In this document: piece after piece, positions 20,252 through 31,945 of the stretch | How the letters are laid out: every line of letters begins with the position of its first letter | Position numbering within the stretch: position 1 is the first letter of the stretch | From: Rebecca billardiae RCC1528 | Taxonomy: Eukaryota > Protista > Haptophyta | Length of the DNA: 64,000 bases | Assembly: GCA_965240325.2 (NCBI GenBank) | Contig: OZ251250.1 | Coordinates: forward strand, 682,001 to 746,000 | Reading direction: 5' to 3' | The notes under the pieces: model-generated | Databases searched by the model: none | What the model saw: only the letters and a program-made list of their open reading frames with translations | What the model was told of the DNA's origin: nothing | Program-made: the position numbers and the translations under genes

Positions 20252-23200
20252 TCAGAAGCCGCTGCAGCGGCTGCTCATGCTGCCGCTGGTTGCACTGCCG
20301 ACGCGCGCGCCCATGATCGCCGGCCTTGCGACCGACGTGGCGTTGGAGACGAGGGCGGGCGCGCCGCCACCGAGCAGGCCGCCGGCCACGCTGCTGCCGC
20401 CGAAGCCAGCGCCAGCGCCGCCCGCCGCCGCCTCCCCCTCGCCCTCGTCCGCCCGGCCATCATCCCACAGCGACAGCAGCGTGCCACCGTCAGCATGGCC
20501 GCCGTCAGCATGGCCGCCCACGCCGCCCTCGAGCCCGACGCCGAGGAGGCCGGTCAGCTCGAACGCGTCCGCGGCGGCCATGCTGACGGCGGCCATGCTG
20601 GCGCTCGGCTCGGCGCCTCTCGGCCGGCCGCCGCCGCTGCCACGGCTGCCCCCGCCGCCGCTGCGCGCGTTGCGCGCAGCGGCGGCGTGCGCCTGCGCGG
20701 GCGCGCCGCCGTGCGCGCGCACGGCCGCGCTCGCTCCCGTTGTCTCCCACGGGCTGAAGGGGTCGTCCGCCATCGTGCCACCGCCCAGAAGCTCGAGCGT
20801 CTCTCGCGCGCTCGCCTCGGCCGCCGACGCGCGGCCGCCGACGCCGGCCGCGCCGCCACCCACTCCGCCCGTGAGCGCGCCGTGTGCGCCCGGTCGCACG
20901 CCCGCGCCGCCGCCCGCGCCGCCGCGCCTCTGCGCGGAAGAGGCGCCGCCGTGCGCCGACGCGGCGGAGGACGAGGGCGAGCCGGAGCCACGCGAGCCGG
21001 AGCCGCGCGACGAAGGCGGGTTAGGGTTAGGGTTAGGGTTAGGGTTAGGGTTAGGGGTAGGGTTGGGTGGGTGCTGTGAGGAGCCGGAGCCGCGCGCGGC
21101 GCGCGGAGCCGCCGCCTCTGCCGAGCCGGCGGCACCGCCGCTGCTGCCGCCGCCGCCAGTGCCGGCCGAGTCCCCGCGCCGCGCGCCGGCCGCGCGCGCG
21201 CCCGCTGCGGGCAGTGGCAGCGGCGGCTTGGCGGCCGCCGCGAGCGCCGCCGCCGAGTCGGCGTGGACGCTGTGCGCACGCGCGAGCGCACGCGCCGCGC
21301 CCGACGGCGGGCGCAGCGGCGGCAGCTCCGCACCGACCTCCGCGAGCGCGCGCGCGGGCGCAAGGGCGCGCGCGGCCGCGACCGAGGCGGCCGCGGCCGC
21401 GCGCGCCGCGCTCGGCCCAACCGGGCGGCCAGCGTCCTCGTCGTCGCCGCCGCCGGCCGGCAAGGAGGCGGCGCGCGCGCGGGCGGCGCCGCCCGGCTGC
21501 GGCGTGCGCGCCGCGCCGCGCAGCTGCTGCAGGTGCTCCGCCCAGTCCGGCTCAGCCTCCGCCTCCGCACCCTCCCAGCCGCCGAGCCTCTGCACTCGGC
21601 CCCCGGCCCCGTCCGCGCCGCCGCCACCACCGCCGCCGTGCGCCGCCGCACCGCCGCCACCACCGCCGTGGCGCAGCTGCGCGCAGAGCTCGGCGACGGC
21701 GGGCGTGAGCGCCGCGCCGAGCCGGCCGTACGCCCGCGCGAGGTTTCGTCGGAGCGGGTCCTCGACCGAGTCCGGGGCTCCGCTCGCGCCGGGGCCGACG
21801 GCGGGAGTGGAGCCTCGCGGCGCGGCGCGCACGCGCAGCGGCGCCGCAACGGCCAAGCCCGCCGCCGCGCCGCGCGCGAGCAGTGCCGCCGCCTCGGCCC
21901 ACGCGGTCGGCGTAGCGAGCAGCAGCGTGGGCGCTCCGGGCCTCGACGCGTCGCGCAGCCGGACTGTCTCGAACGGCTGCGCGAGCGCTGTGAGGGTCGC
22001 GCTGTCGAGCGGAGTGTACGGGTGTGGGTAGTGGTGTGCTGAGCCCGCGCCGCCGGCCGCGCCGCCGGCCGCTGGCCCCGGCCGGGGCGTGCCGCCTTGG
22101 GCGACGAGCACGCCCTGCTCGCCGCCCTTGCCGCCGCCGCCGCCCGCGCCCAGCAGCGCTAGCTGGTCGGCCGCGCCCGCCGGCAGTATGGGCCCGCGCG
22201 CGGCCCACGCCGCTGCGGGCTCGAAGCCGGGCTCGTCAGACTCGCGCTCGCCGCCTCCGCCATCGCTCGGAGCGCGTCGGCGCGCGCTGTGCGCCGACGA
22301 CCCCGGCGTCGCCTCCTCCGGCACGAAGCGCTCGGCGGCCGTCACGCCGAGGGTGCTGACCACGAGCTGGTGCATTGAGTCGGCAGCGAGCGTCATCGTC
22401 GCGAGCGCGTGCGCCGGCGGCGGGAGATAGAGCAAGAGATCGTACCCGTACGGCGCGCGCAGCGCGAGGCGCGTGAGTTTGGGCGCGGCCGAGTGGAGCG
22501 CCGAGAGCACGCGCTGCAGGTGCGGGCCTGAGAAGGCGGCGGCGCCGGCGCGCAGCGGCGGCGGCGGCGGCGGCGGCGGGCCGAGTGCATCGTCGGCGTC
22601 GGCGTCGCCCGCGCCCGCGCCCGCGCCCGCGCCGCGTGCGTACGGCGGCATGCGCATCGGGAACGTGGCGAACGGCGGCGGCGCGGCGTCGACGCCGTCC
22701 GCGGCCGCGTCGCCGGTAGCGGCGCCGGCCGCCGCGCCGCCGCCGCCGCCGCCCTCGGCCGCCGTCGAGTCGTGCAGAGAGGGCAGTCGGCGCGCGAGCG
22801 CGGCGGCGCGCGCGCTCGCCAGGCTGAGCGCGCGCGACTCCGCGCTCTGCGCTCGGCGCGCCGCCTCGTCGGCGCCCGAAGACGACGGCCGCCTAGCCCC
22901 AGCCGCCGCCGCCGCCGCCACGTCGGCTGCCATCGGCGCGACCAGCGGCGGCAGCGCGCCGCCGCGCCGCGCGGCGCGCGCCGCCGCGGCCGCGGCAGCG
23001 TTCTCCACGTCCACGCCGATGCGCGTGCCTCCGAGGTCGAGGCCCGGCGGCAGCGTGCCGCGCTCCGAGCCCGGCGGCGTCGGCGCGAGCGCGGGCGGCG
23101 GGCCCTGCCCCGCCGCCGCCGCTGACACGACAACAAACCCTCGGCGCACAGCGCCGGCACCGGCGCCGCCGTGGCCGGTCGCAGAGGTGTGGGCTGCCTC

Positions 23201-24954
23201 GGACCGCGGTGGCGCGTGCGAGCGCGGCGCGCGGGCGGAGGGCGCGAGCGTGGTGCGCTCGGAGCCGCGCGCGGGCGAGAGCGCGCTCCCCTCCGCCGCC
23301 TCCACGCGGAGGCCGTCCACGTGCAGTGCGCCCGAGGCCGCGTCCGCCGCGGCGCGCGCGGCCGCGGCCGCCCGCTCCGCATCCGCCTGCGCGCGCGCGG
23401 CCGCGCGCGCGGCGAGCATTCGCTCGTGCGCGCGCGCGGCCTCGGCGGCCTCGGCCTCGGCGTGGCGCGCGGCCACCTTGGCCCACAGCCGCGCGCGGTG
23501 CCACCGCTGGATCGCCACCGCCGAGCGCCGCTCCCGCAGCGCCTCCAGCGCCAGCGACGCGTGCCGTGGCAGCGGCGACGAGGGAAGCACGTCTGCAGGG
23601 CGCGCGCCGCCTCCGCGCCGGCGCGCGGCGCGCTGCGCGGGCGTCATCTCCTTCGCCGCGGCGGCGGAGAGCCTGCGCACGCTCACGCCCGCGCCGCCGC
23701 CGATGCTCAGCCCCGCGAGCCCCCTGCTCCCGCCGCTGCCGCCCGCGCTGCCCACGCTGCCGCTGCGGCCGGCGCCGGTGTCGGCGCTGGCCGTCGTCAG
23801 CCGACGGCCGTCGAGCGCGCGCGCGTGCGCGTCGACGAGCGCCGGGGCGCGCGCGCGGTACGCGGAGATCGCCGAGTCGGTGCCGTCCTCGAGCGAGCCC
23901 GCGTGCGAGAGCGTCGAGAGCGTGTGCCGCGAGAACAGCGAGGACGCGCGGCTCAGGCCGCGGCCGGCGGCAATCTCGGCCGCGCGCCGGCGCGCGCGCA
24001 CGCCAGCCACGCCCTCCGCTTGGAGTAGGCGGCGCTCGCGGCGGCCGCGCGCGTGGCGCTGCACCACGCGCGCCGCGGCGTGCGCGTGCGCGCGCACCAT
24101 CCGCTCCGCCCACGCGTGCTGCACCACCCGCGCCGCCGCGTCGCGCGCCCGCCACAGGTGCNNNNNNNNNNNNNNNNNNNNNNNNNNNNNNNNNNNNNNN
24201 NNNNNNNNNNNNNNNNNNNNNNNNNNNNNNNNNNNNNNNNNNNNNNNNNNNNNNNNNNNNNCAGGTGCGCGCGCAGCCGCCGGCCGATTCGAGCGTCGCG
24301 CCGGCGCGCGTATTGCGCCCACACGCGCCGCGCGAGGCGCGCGCGCGAGACGAGGCGGTGCGTGAGGCTGGCGAGCAGCACGACGCTCATCGCCCGCCGC
24401 CCCGCCGCGTCGACCCAGTGCGCCGGCGCGTGGTGGTGCCGCCATGCCGCTAGCACCAGCGGCGCCTCGTGGTCAGCGCGCCGCAGGCCGGCCAGCAGAG
24501 GTGAAGCGCCGAGCGGCGCGCGCGACGCGACGAGCGCGCGCGCGATGTGCGTGCGCGCGAGCGTGCCCGGGTGGGCGGCGAACATCCGCACCATCGAGTG
24601 CCGCTTGCGCACCGCGCCGTTGATCACCACGTACGCCTTCGACAGCTCGGCGCGCTCGCGGATCGCGCGCTTCGCGCGCACGTGCGCCTGCAGCTTGCGC
24701 GCGGCGACGTCGCGGGTGAAGGCGATCCTGAGCGCGCGGCGCACCGCCTCGTAGGTGATCGGGTGGCACGCCTGCTGCGCCTCCGTGTTGCGCTCGAGCA
24801 CCGCCGCCTTCACCTTGGGCAGCGTGATCGCGTCCCGCTCGTCCGCCATTCGCATCTCGATCAGTAACTTGGCGCGCCGCCGCGTCTGCTCGGCCTCGAG
24901 CGCGGCGCGCACGTTGAGCGCCTGCGAGGCCGCGTTGCTGCGCCATGGGCGCAT
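20252..24954 (-). CDS. Large low-complexity protein with IQ (calmodulin-binding)-like motifs, spanning an assembly gap
   Basis: Motifs AARKLQAHVR, AARVVQHAW, AARVVQRHARGR, AVAIQRWHR. ORFs on both sides of the N-run join in frame if the duplicated CAGGTGC is merged. The 5' end and any introns are uncertain. Confidence 0.6.
21021..21066 (+). repeat. Interstitial telomeric repeat (TTAGGG)6 plus degenerate units
   Basis: Direct reading; encodes (PN)n in the minus-strand ORF. Confidence 0.95.
24162..24261. other. Assembly gap (100 N)
   Basis: Run of n. Confidence 0.99.
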
Positions 24955-25875
24955 GCTGGCGGGCCCTCGCCGCCGGCGGGGCCCTGCCCGCCGCGGGCGT
25001 GCTCGCGAGGGCGAGCTGCGCGCCGCTGCGGCCCTGCCTGTGCAGGCCCGCCCCCCTCGCACTGGGCGGAACGGCTCAATATGACGCATGCATCTGCGGA
25101 CGTTACAAGAAGCTCCGCTTGTGTGCACACCCTTCCAACGCCGCTGACGACGGCCGCCGCCACGATGGAGCTACAGGCATGCACGCGACCAGCGCGCTCC
25201 CACAGCTCCCTCACGCGCTGCACGGACAGCCACGAGCGTGCAGCGGTATTCCGTAGCCGCGCTCGTCGCACAAGGGGCGGTCGTAGTGCCCGGTGCATGC
25301 GACGGACGGCGGACAGCCTCGGTGGCCGGGTCGCGCGAACGCATGTCGCATGGGCGGCGGGCGCATGTGCATGCAGGGCCCTCGGGCTGGCACTGAAGGG
25401 TGTGGTGGTCGTGCGTGTGCAGTGGCCAGCAAGAGCGCATCATGCCGGTGTTCCGAGCGTCGCCAGCGCTGCCTGCGCTACTCTGCCTCGCGGTCGCGAC
25501 TACGTCTGAGTCAGGGCTTGCAAAAACGACGCCCTAACCCTAGTCAGGGCTTGCAACGAACAACACGGCGACGATGGCTAGGGTGTCGGCCCTGCGGGCA
25601 CTCCTGCGCGCCTAGCTGGAGGGCCCGGTTGCGCGGCACGGGCTCTGCTGACCGAGAGCCTGCGCCAGTCCGCACGGCTCGGTGTGGGCGCCCGACCAAG
25701 GGACCGCGAGCGCGTCCGCCTCTCTCCCCGCGCGAGTCGCGTCAAGCCCTCGATTGCCAAACGGTACACAGGACCGCTTTTGTCCGGCCAGTGCAGTCCT
25801 CGCCGCGGGGCGGGCGCCGTGGAGAAGGGGCGCGCTGTCGAAGTGGTCGTGCGGCGGGTCCTGAAGCGCTCTCGC

Positions 25876-26427
25876 ATGGCGTCCGTGCTCGTGTACAGCG
25901 CCGCGCTCGCGTTCGCAGCGGGCCCGCCGCTGCGCCCGCAGCTGCCAGGCACGCCCACCCACGCGCGCACGATCACAATGGGCGCGCCGCGCATCGATTT
26001 TCCTCCCGCCCTTTTCGGCGACGTGGGTGCAGCCAGCGCAAGCGTCTTTGCCGTCAAGACGGCGGCCATTGTCAGCTCGCCCGAGTTCGCGGGCTGGCTG
26101 GCACCCGTCACCTCGCCCGACCTCGTGGTTGGCGCGGCCATCACGAGCGCGAGCCGGATCGCCGTGTGCTGGCTCATCGGCGCGGCGGCAAACGACGCAT
26201 GGTCGTCGAGTGCGTTGGTCTCGCCGCGCGCCGCCATCGCATGCACGGGCCAAGCGTGGCTCACGGCGCTCAACGCGCGGTTGCTGCTCGCGCTGGCGCA
26301 GGCGGCGATCGAGCACAGCCCCGTCAACGTGCTCACGCTCGGCACCGAGCTCGGCGCCCTGCTCATTGGCATGGGCGCGTGGCGGTTGCTCCTCGCACTC
26401 GCGCTCTCGCGAGGCGGCTTCTTCTGA
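25876..26427 (+). CDS. Small membrane protein, probably plastid-targeted (DUF3054-like)
   Basis: Signal-like N-terminus (MASVLVYSAALAFAA) plus a transit-like segment, about 4 hydrophobic helices, 'LFGD' and C-terminal 'GAWR' motifs. Family call is tentative. Confidence 0.55.
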   Translation: MASVLVYSAALAFAAGPPLRPQLPGTPTHARTITMGAPRIDFPPALFGDVGAASASVFAVKTAAIVSSPEFAGWLAPVTSPDLVVGAAITSASRIAVCWLIGAAANDAWSSSALVSPRAAIACTGQAWLTALNARLLLALAQAAIEHSPVNVLTLGTELGALLIGMGAWRLLLALALSRGGFF

Positions 26428-27532
26428 CGTACAATCTATAAAGACCGCACGGCTTCTTCTGACGCCGGCGGCGGCCTCATGGGAGCCTCTCTCTCTCTGA
26501 CTCACGCGCGGCACTCCTGCGGTCCCGGGAGGAGACTGCTCGGGTGCCGCAGGCAGGTTGCGCTGGGAATTGTTACGTGCGTCAGCCTACTGCCCTGTAC
26601 GTGGCCTGCATTGTGAGCGAGTGTCGCTGGCCATCTCAGACGCGTCGTCACTTGCGACGCGTCTGAGTCAGCCTACCGGCTGACTCTAGTGAGACCATCG
26701 CCTGGTCCTGGAGCGATGCGGATGCACGTACTACGTTATGCACGCGTCATCCGACCGCTCGTCCGATCGATCTGAATCTGCGCTTACTGTCTTAGTTAGC
26801 GCGCGGACGCGGTGAGCCGGCGCGATTAGCTGCGCGCTGCAACGCCTCTTGGTGACCGCTCGTGGTCGCGTACGTCTTATATATATATATGATCATATAA
26901 GCTGCAAAGCCTGTAGGCTGTACTCCAGGAGCCTCCGAGCTGTTGGGGCACACGCGAAATCACAGTAGTGTCATCACCTCGCGGATCAGACAAACAACAC
27001 ACGCGCGCTGGCGTGCGCCGCCACGCGAGACAGTCACTGCTCAGACAGTGGACAGACTGACTGTGCGCTGATCAGACGACTCTGACTCACGGTCAGCGCG
27101 CACGCCAAGTCCGAGCAACGCCAGTGTCGCGTGGGCCGTGCGTCGCCAGTGCGGACGACAACGCAGCAGGCCGCCGCCCTTGGTGTGCCCGGCGCCCCGG
27201 CCCCGTCGCACCGGCGTGGCGGCGTCCCTCATCGCCTGTCGCCGCACCAAAGTCCACTAAGTGACTAACTCCGCCGCGACGCCGACCGCTCCGATGACAG
27301 CGCTCGTCGTGGACGAAGCCAAAGGCGGCGCTGCGCCGAGCGGAGGTCCTGACAGCGCGCGCGGAGCGGAGGCCCAACAGCGCGGAGAGGCGGTCCAACT
27401 CCAGCAGAACCTGCTCAGCACTATACTACATACTGTACTGTACTGTACGTAACACTGTACGTGCATGTGTACCTCGGGCGCTCGCAGCTGCAGCACTGGG
27501 CACCGCCGCTCTGCCGCGACGTGGAGGGTTCC

Positions 27533-28664
27533 CTAGCCGCGCTTTGGCGGCCTGCCGCCCTTGGCGGGCTTGTGCGCGGTGATGAGCGCGAACTTGATCA
27601 GCCCGCGCTTGTACCCGCGCTGCATGAGCGGCATCACCAGCGCGCCGCGCAGCGTGGACGGGCCCGCGCGCAGCAGACCGAGCAGGCCCCTCGGCGTGAG
27701 CGCGGTCCGTATCACCGCCCTCCAGAACGGCTCGATGGCGTCGGTCCAATCGGCGCGCGAGATGTCGACCAGCCCCTCCGCCGCGAGCAGCTCCTCGTAG
27801 TCGCGCGCGGAGCACCACGCGGGCAGGTAGTACGCCCGGTTGATCAGCCCGAGCAGCCTCTGCTCCTTTTTGCTCAGCTCGGCCTCCCCGGGGGCGAGGT
27901 CGCGGTGGCACCACGTGACGATAATCACACGGCCGCCCTTCGCGCATACGCGCGCGAGCTCGCCGACGAAGCGGGGCTTGTCCGGCATGTGCTCGCCGGA
28001 CTCGAGGGACCAGATCAGGTCGAACGAGCCGTCGTCGAACGGCAGGCTGAGCGCGTCCGCCACCTGGAACGACGCGCGCCCGCCCAGCCCCCGTTCCGCG
28101 CTCAGCTGCCGCGCGCGAGCCGCCTGGCCGGGTGACAGGGTGACGCCCGTGCCCTCGCACTTGTCGAATTTGGAGACGAGGTGGCGGGTGGAGCCGCCGA
28201 TCCCGCAGCCCACGTCGAGCACGCGCTTCGGCGCCGCGCCGCGGCCCGCGCCCACGCCCGCCCACGCGAGCACCGCCTCGATCATGTCGACCTGCGCCTG
28301 CCTGTGCTCAGGGAGCTTGGACGCGGGCGTGCCCGGCGGGTAGTACCCGTGGTCTGCGGCCGGGCGCGCGGGGAGGTGCCCGCGCGCGGTCACTCGCTGC
28401 CGGCCGTGGGGCGTGCTGGCCAGCATCGCATCGCGCGCGCGCGCGCGTGCGCGTGCGCGCACGCATGTGCTCGCCCCAAATCCGCTCCCACAATGGCGAC
28501 GATTTGTCGTAAAAGTGCGCGATGCCGCGCTTGAGCTCGTCGCGCGAGTACACCTCCTGCGGCGAGGAGCCGCGCGTCGTGCCGCCGTCGCCACCGTCCC
28601 GTGCCGCGCTGCTCAGCGCCGGGAGCGCGAGCAGCACGAGCGCGAGCACGCGCGCGGTCGTCAT
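27533..28664 (-). CDS. VTE4: Gamma-tocopherol methyltransferase (2 exons; intron 28354-28462)
   Basis: GIAHFYDKSSPLWERIWGEHM/HHGYY, VLDVGCGIGGS, FDLIWSLESGEHMPDK, IVTWCHR, YYLPAW, GLIKF. Confidence 0.92.
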
Positions 28665-28741
28665 GCCGCGACGACGCCGACGACGGGTTTCCCATTCGCG
28701 CTTTCGCGACGTCGGCCACGCGCTTTGAAGCCCTGCGGCTG

Positions 28742-31700
28742 GAGGCCATTCCACCGAAATCAGCCGGCGGGTGGGGACCCCAGAAGCGCCTTCGAGTGGG
28801 GAGGTCCCCACCCGAGCGCGCACTCGGGTGGGGAGGGCGAGCTCCGCAGTGCGCGGCCGCCGGCGACGCGCACCGCGGTCGTCGCTCGAGTCTCCGCGGC
28901 GCGCGCGCGAGTCTGCGCGGCCCGCGCGCGCGTCCTACGGGCGCGCACGGCCAATCTGCCCTCGCGCGCCGCTGGCTGCGCGCCTCTCCGCCGCTCACGC
29001 CGCTCGCCAATGGCCCGCGACTGCGCGTCGGCACGTTTGTCCGCTGCGGCCGACCGCGAACGCGCACAGGCGGGCACAAGGAAGTCGGACGATGATTTGC
29101 TGTCGTGTTGTGCGCGGACCATGTGTATGCGCTCCGCCCAGCCGCGCGCGTCGGTCGCGCACGCCGACCAAGGCGAGCTCGAGCGCGCGCGCAAGCTGGC
29201 GCTCGCGCGTTTTGGACCCATGAAGGTGCCAGCGACTCGAGCGCGCCCAAGCGTCGGTAGAGCGCGCGCCGCGCTCGCGCGAGGAGCTGTGTGGTCGCAG
29301 ATCGCCCGCACGCTTGCGCCCTGGGCGATCCGCGCCCTCGCATGCGCCAGCCGCGCGAGGCAGCGGCGCGTCGCACATGCCGGCCGCGCGAGCTCGGCGC
29401 GCGCCTTGCTACCTGTAGCCTACTCGATGCCATTAGACAACGGTGCTAGTCAGTCTGAGTCATAGGCTGAGACAAGGGGACAGCATGCTCGCGGGACCAA
29501 GAGCGTGTTAGACGCGGGCATTGTCACCTGAATAGTGGCGCAGGTACGCTAGTTTCGGCAGTACAATGTACGCACGCGTCGCGGCCACGCCTCGTTGCAT
29601 CGTGGCCGCCTGCGCTGTGGTCGACAGCGCCGTTCACAGCGAGCACATTGTCACACAGCGCCGCCTCAGACGCACGCCACGCCCGAATTGGCCACGTGCT
29701 GTGCCACTCACTCTGGCTGGTAAGCGCGCAAGAAGGCTGTGCGCGCAGAGTGTGTCCAGCTGCGCCGTGTTCCCGAGCACGGACCGCATCAGCTGGGGGT
29801 TGGCGCAGGAGTCCGGACTGCGTGGCGCTGGCGCGGCGAATGCGCATCGGCGCGGCGATGGCGGTGCGTCAGGCACCGCCGATGGCTCCGCGGCGGCAAG
29901 TTCGTCCGGCATAGCCATCAGCTCTGTCAGAGACACTTCACGCGCCACGACCGCACGCGCTCGTCAAGGCAACCGCATTGGCATCCAAGTCGTCCACGGC
30001 GGCAGTCTGGCACTGACTGGGACGACAAAGGCGCGGCGTCAGAGGCACTGAGTCGACACGACCGTGGCCGCCCGTGCCACCTCTTGGCCGCCGACACGCC
30101 GTCAACCGAAGATGAAGGGACTGCTCGCGGCCGCCGAGGCCGCCGTTAGCCGGTCTGCCATCCTCTGCGTGCAGACTGCCACGAGGATGCGTGGGCTGCG
30201 GCCTGCGAGCACCGGCCGTCAGGCGGCCAGCCACCGCGGCGGCCGCGGCCGAGGCTGCTGATAAAAGCGCGGCGGCGCTGCGCGGCCCAGCGCAGCCCGT
30301 GTGACCTGAGCCTTGCGCGCCACCGCAGGCCGCGGCGGCGACAGGCCAAGTGGGCCGCGCGCGCGCGTCGCCGCGAGCCACCGCGGCCATCGGACTCGGT
30401 CTCATCCAGAGTCTCGCCGCAGTCAGCGGGCGGGCGCCGACGGGCCCGCCGACCGATCCCAGGGCAGGCGGCCGCGCGGCCGAGGCCGGTCCGCTGCGAC
30501 GGCATGCGCCGTGCAGCCCGCACCGAGTGCGGTTCATTCACGACCACGACAGAAAGCTGCTCAGACGCGTCACACGTCAAGCCCCGTGCTCCATGCTGAG
30601 CCGACGTCACTGCGCCTGCCATACATCAACGGCTGAGGGCCCTTGCCTTTGAGTCCTCATCGCAGCATGAGTCGATCAATCAACACGCAGTCGTTGCCGC
30701 CTAGCGCCCATGTTGCTCCTCGCCCACGCTCGCGTCTGCATCGATGCTGTGCAGAGCACTCCTTCGGGGCTATCGCTGGCGTTGATTCCGAATGCGCACG
30801 CAGCGACTCCATTCGAGGTGAGTACGCGTGGCGCTGAACGCCCGAGTCAGTACCGGGCTGTACGCGTCCTCGTCATGACAGCCGGAGACGATGGTGGTGT
30901 CGTGTGGCGACTGGTTGCGCAACCCTCACCTGCCTGGCGACAGCAACGCAGCGCGGACTTGGGAGTCTGTCGTGACGATTCTGCTGATGTGCTATCCAAA
31001 GACGAAGCACGTGCGAGGATCAGAAGAGGCTTAGGTGCGCCACCGCGCTGGTACACAACCTACCCGTTCAAGTGTACGCCCTGCGCGCCGTCCGCATCCT
31101 CGCGCAGGCTAGCACACAGCTGAGGCTCAGAGGCACACCAGCTGCGGCCGCTGCACGCAGGCTTGGCGCGCGCCGCGCTCGCGCGGCCGGCATGTGCGAC
31201 GCGCCGCTGCCTCGCGCGGCTGGCGCATGCGAGGGCGCGGATCGCCCAGGGCGCAAGCGTGCGGGCGATCTGCGACCACACAGCTCCTCGCGCGAGCGCG
31301 GCGCGCGCTCTACCGACGCTTGGGCGCGCTCGAGTCGCTGGCACCTTCATGGGTCCAAAACGCGCGAGCGCCAGCTTGCGCGCGCGCTCGAGCTCGCCTT
31401 GGTCGGCGTGCGCGACCGACGCGCGCGGCTGGGCGGAGCGCATACACATGGTCCGCGCACAACACGACAGCAAATCATCGTCCGACTTCCTTGTGCCCGC
31501 CTGTGCGCGTTCGCGGTCGGCCGCAGCGGACAAACGTGCCGACGCGCAGTCGCGGGCCATTGGCGAGCGGCGTGAGCGGCGGAGAGGCGCGCAGCCAGCG
31601 GCGCGCGAGGGCAGATTGGCCGTGCGCGCCCGTAGGACGCGCGCGCGGGCCGCGCAGACTCGCGCGCGCGCCGCGGAGACTCGAGCGACGACCGCGGTGC

Positions 31701-31828
31701 GCGTCGCCGGCGGCCGCGCACTGCGGAGCTCGCCCTCCCCACCCGAGTGCGCGCTCGGGTGGGGACCTCCCCACCCGAAGGCGCTTCTGGGGTCCCCACC
31801 CGCCGGCTGATTTCGGTGGAATGGCCTC
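28742..31828. mobile_element. Non-autonomous DNA transposon with ~660-bp TIRs and a 5-bp TSD (GGCTG)
   Basis: 28742-~29400 is the near-perfect reverse complement of ~31170-31828. Termini GAGGCCATTCCACCGAAATC. GGCTG at 28737-28741 and 31829-31833. Confidence 0.92.
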
Positions 31829-31945
31829 GGCTGCGTTACCATAGCGTGCACCGGACTGGGCCTTCGAACTGACGAACTCCGGCAAGCTTGACTCGTGGAC
31901 GCCGCCGAGGCGCCGACCGGCCATCGATAGCCCCGCGGGCTGACG

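Noticed and set aside
29400-31170. Transposase or Fanzor/TnpB cargo inside the long-TIR element (the other elements were also inspected)
   Set aside because: No DDE, RuvC or zinc-ribbon motifs recognisable in the short ORFs. A spliced or decayed gene cannot be excluded without a search.
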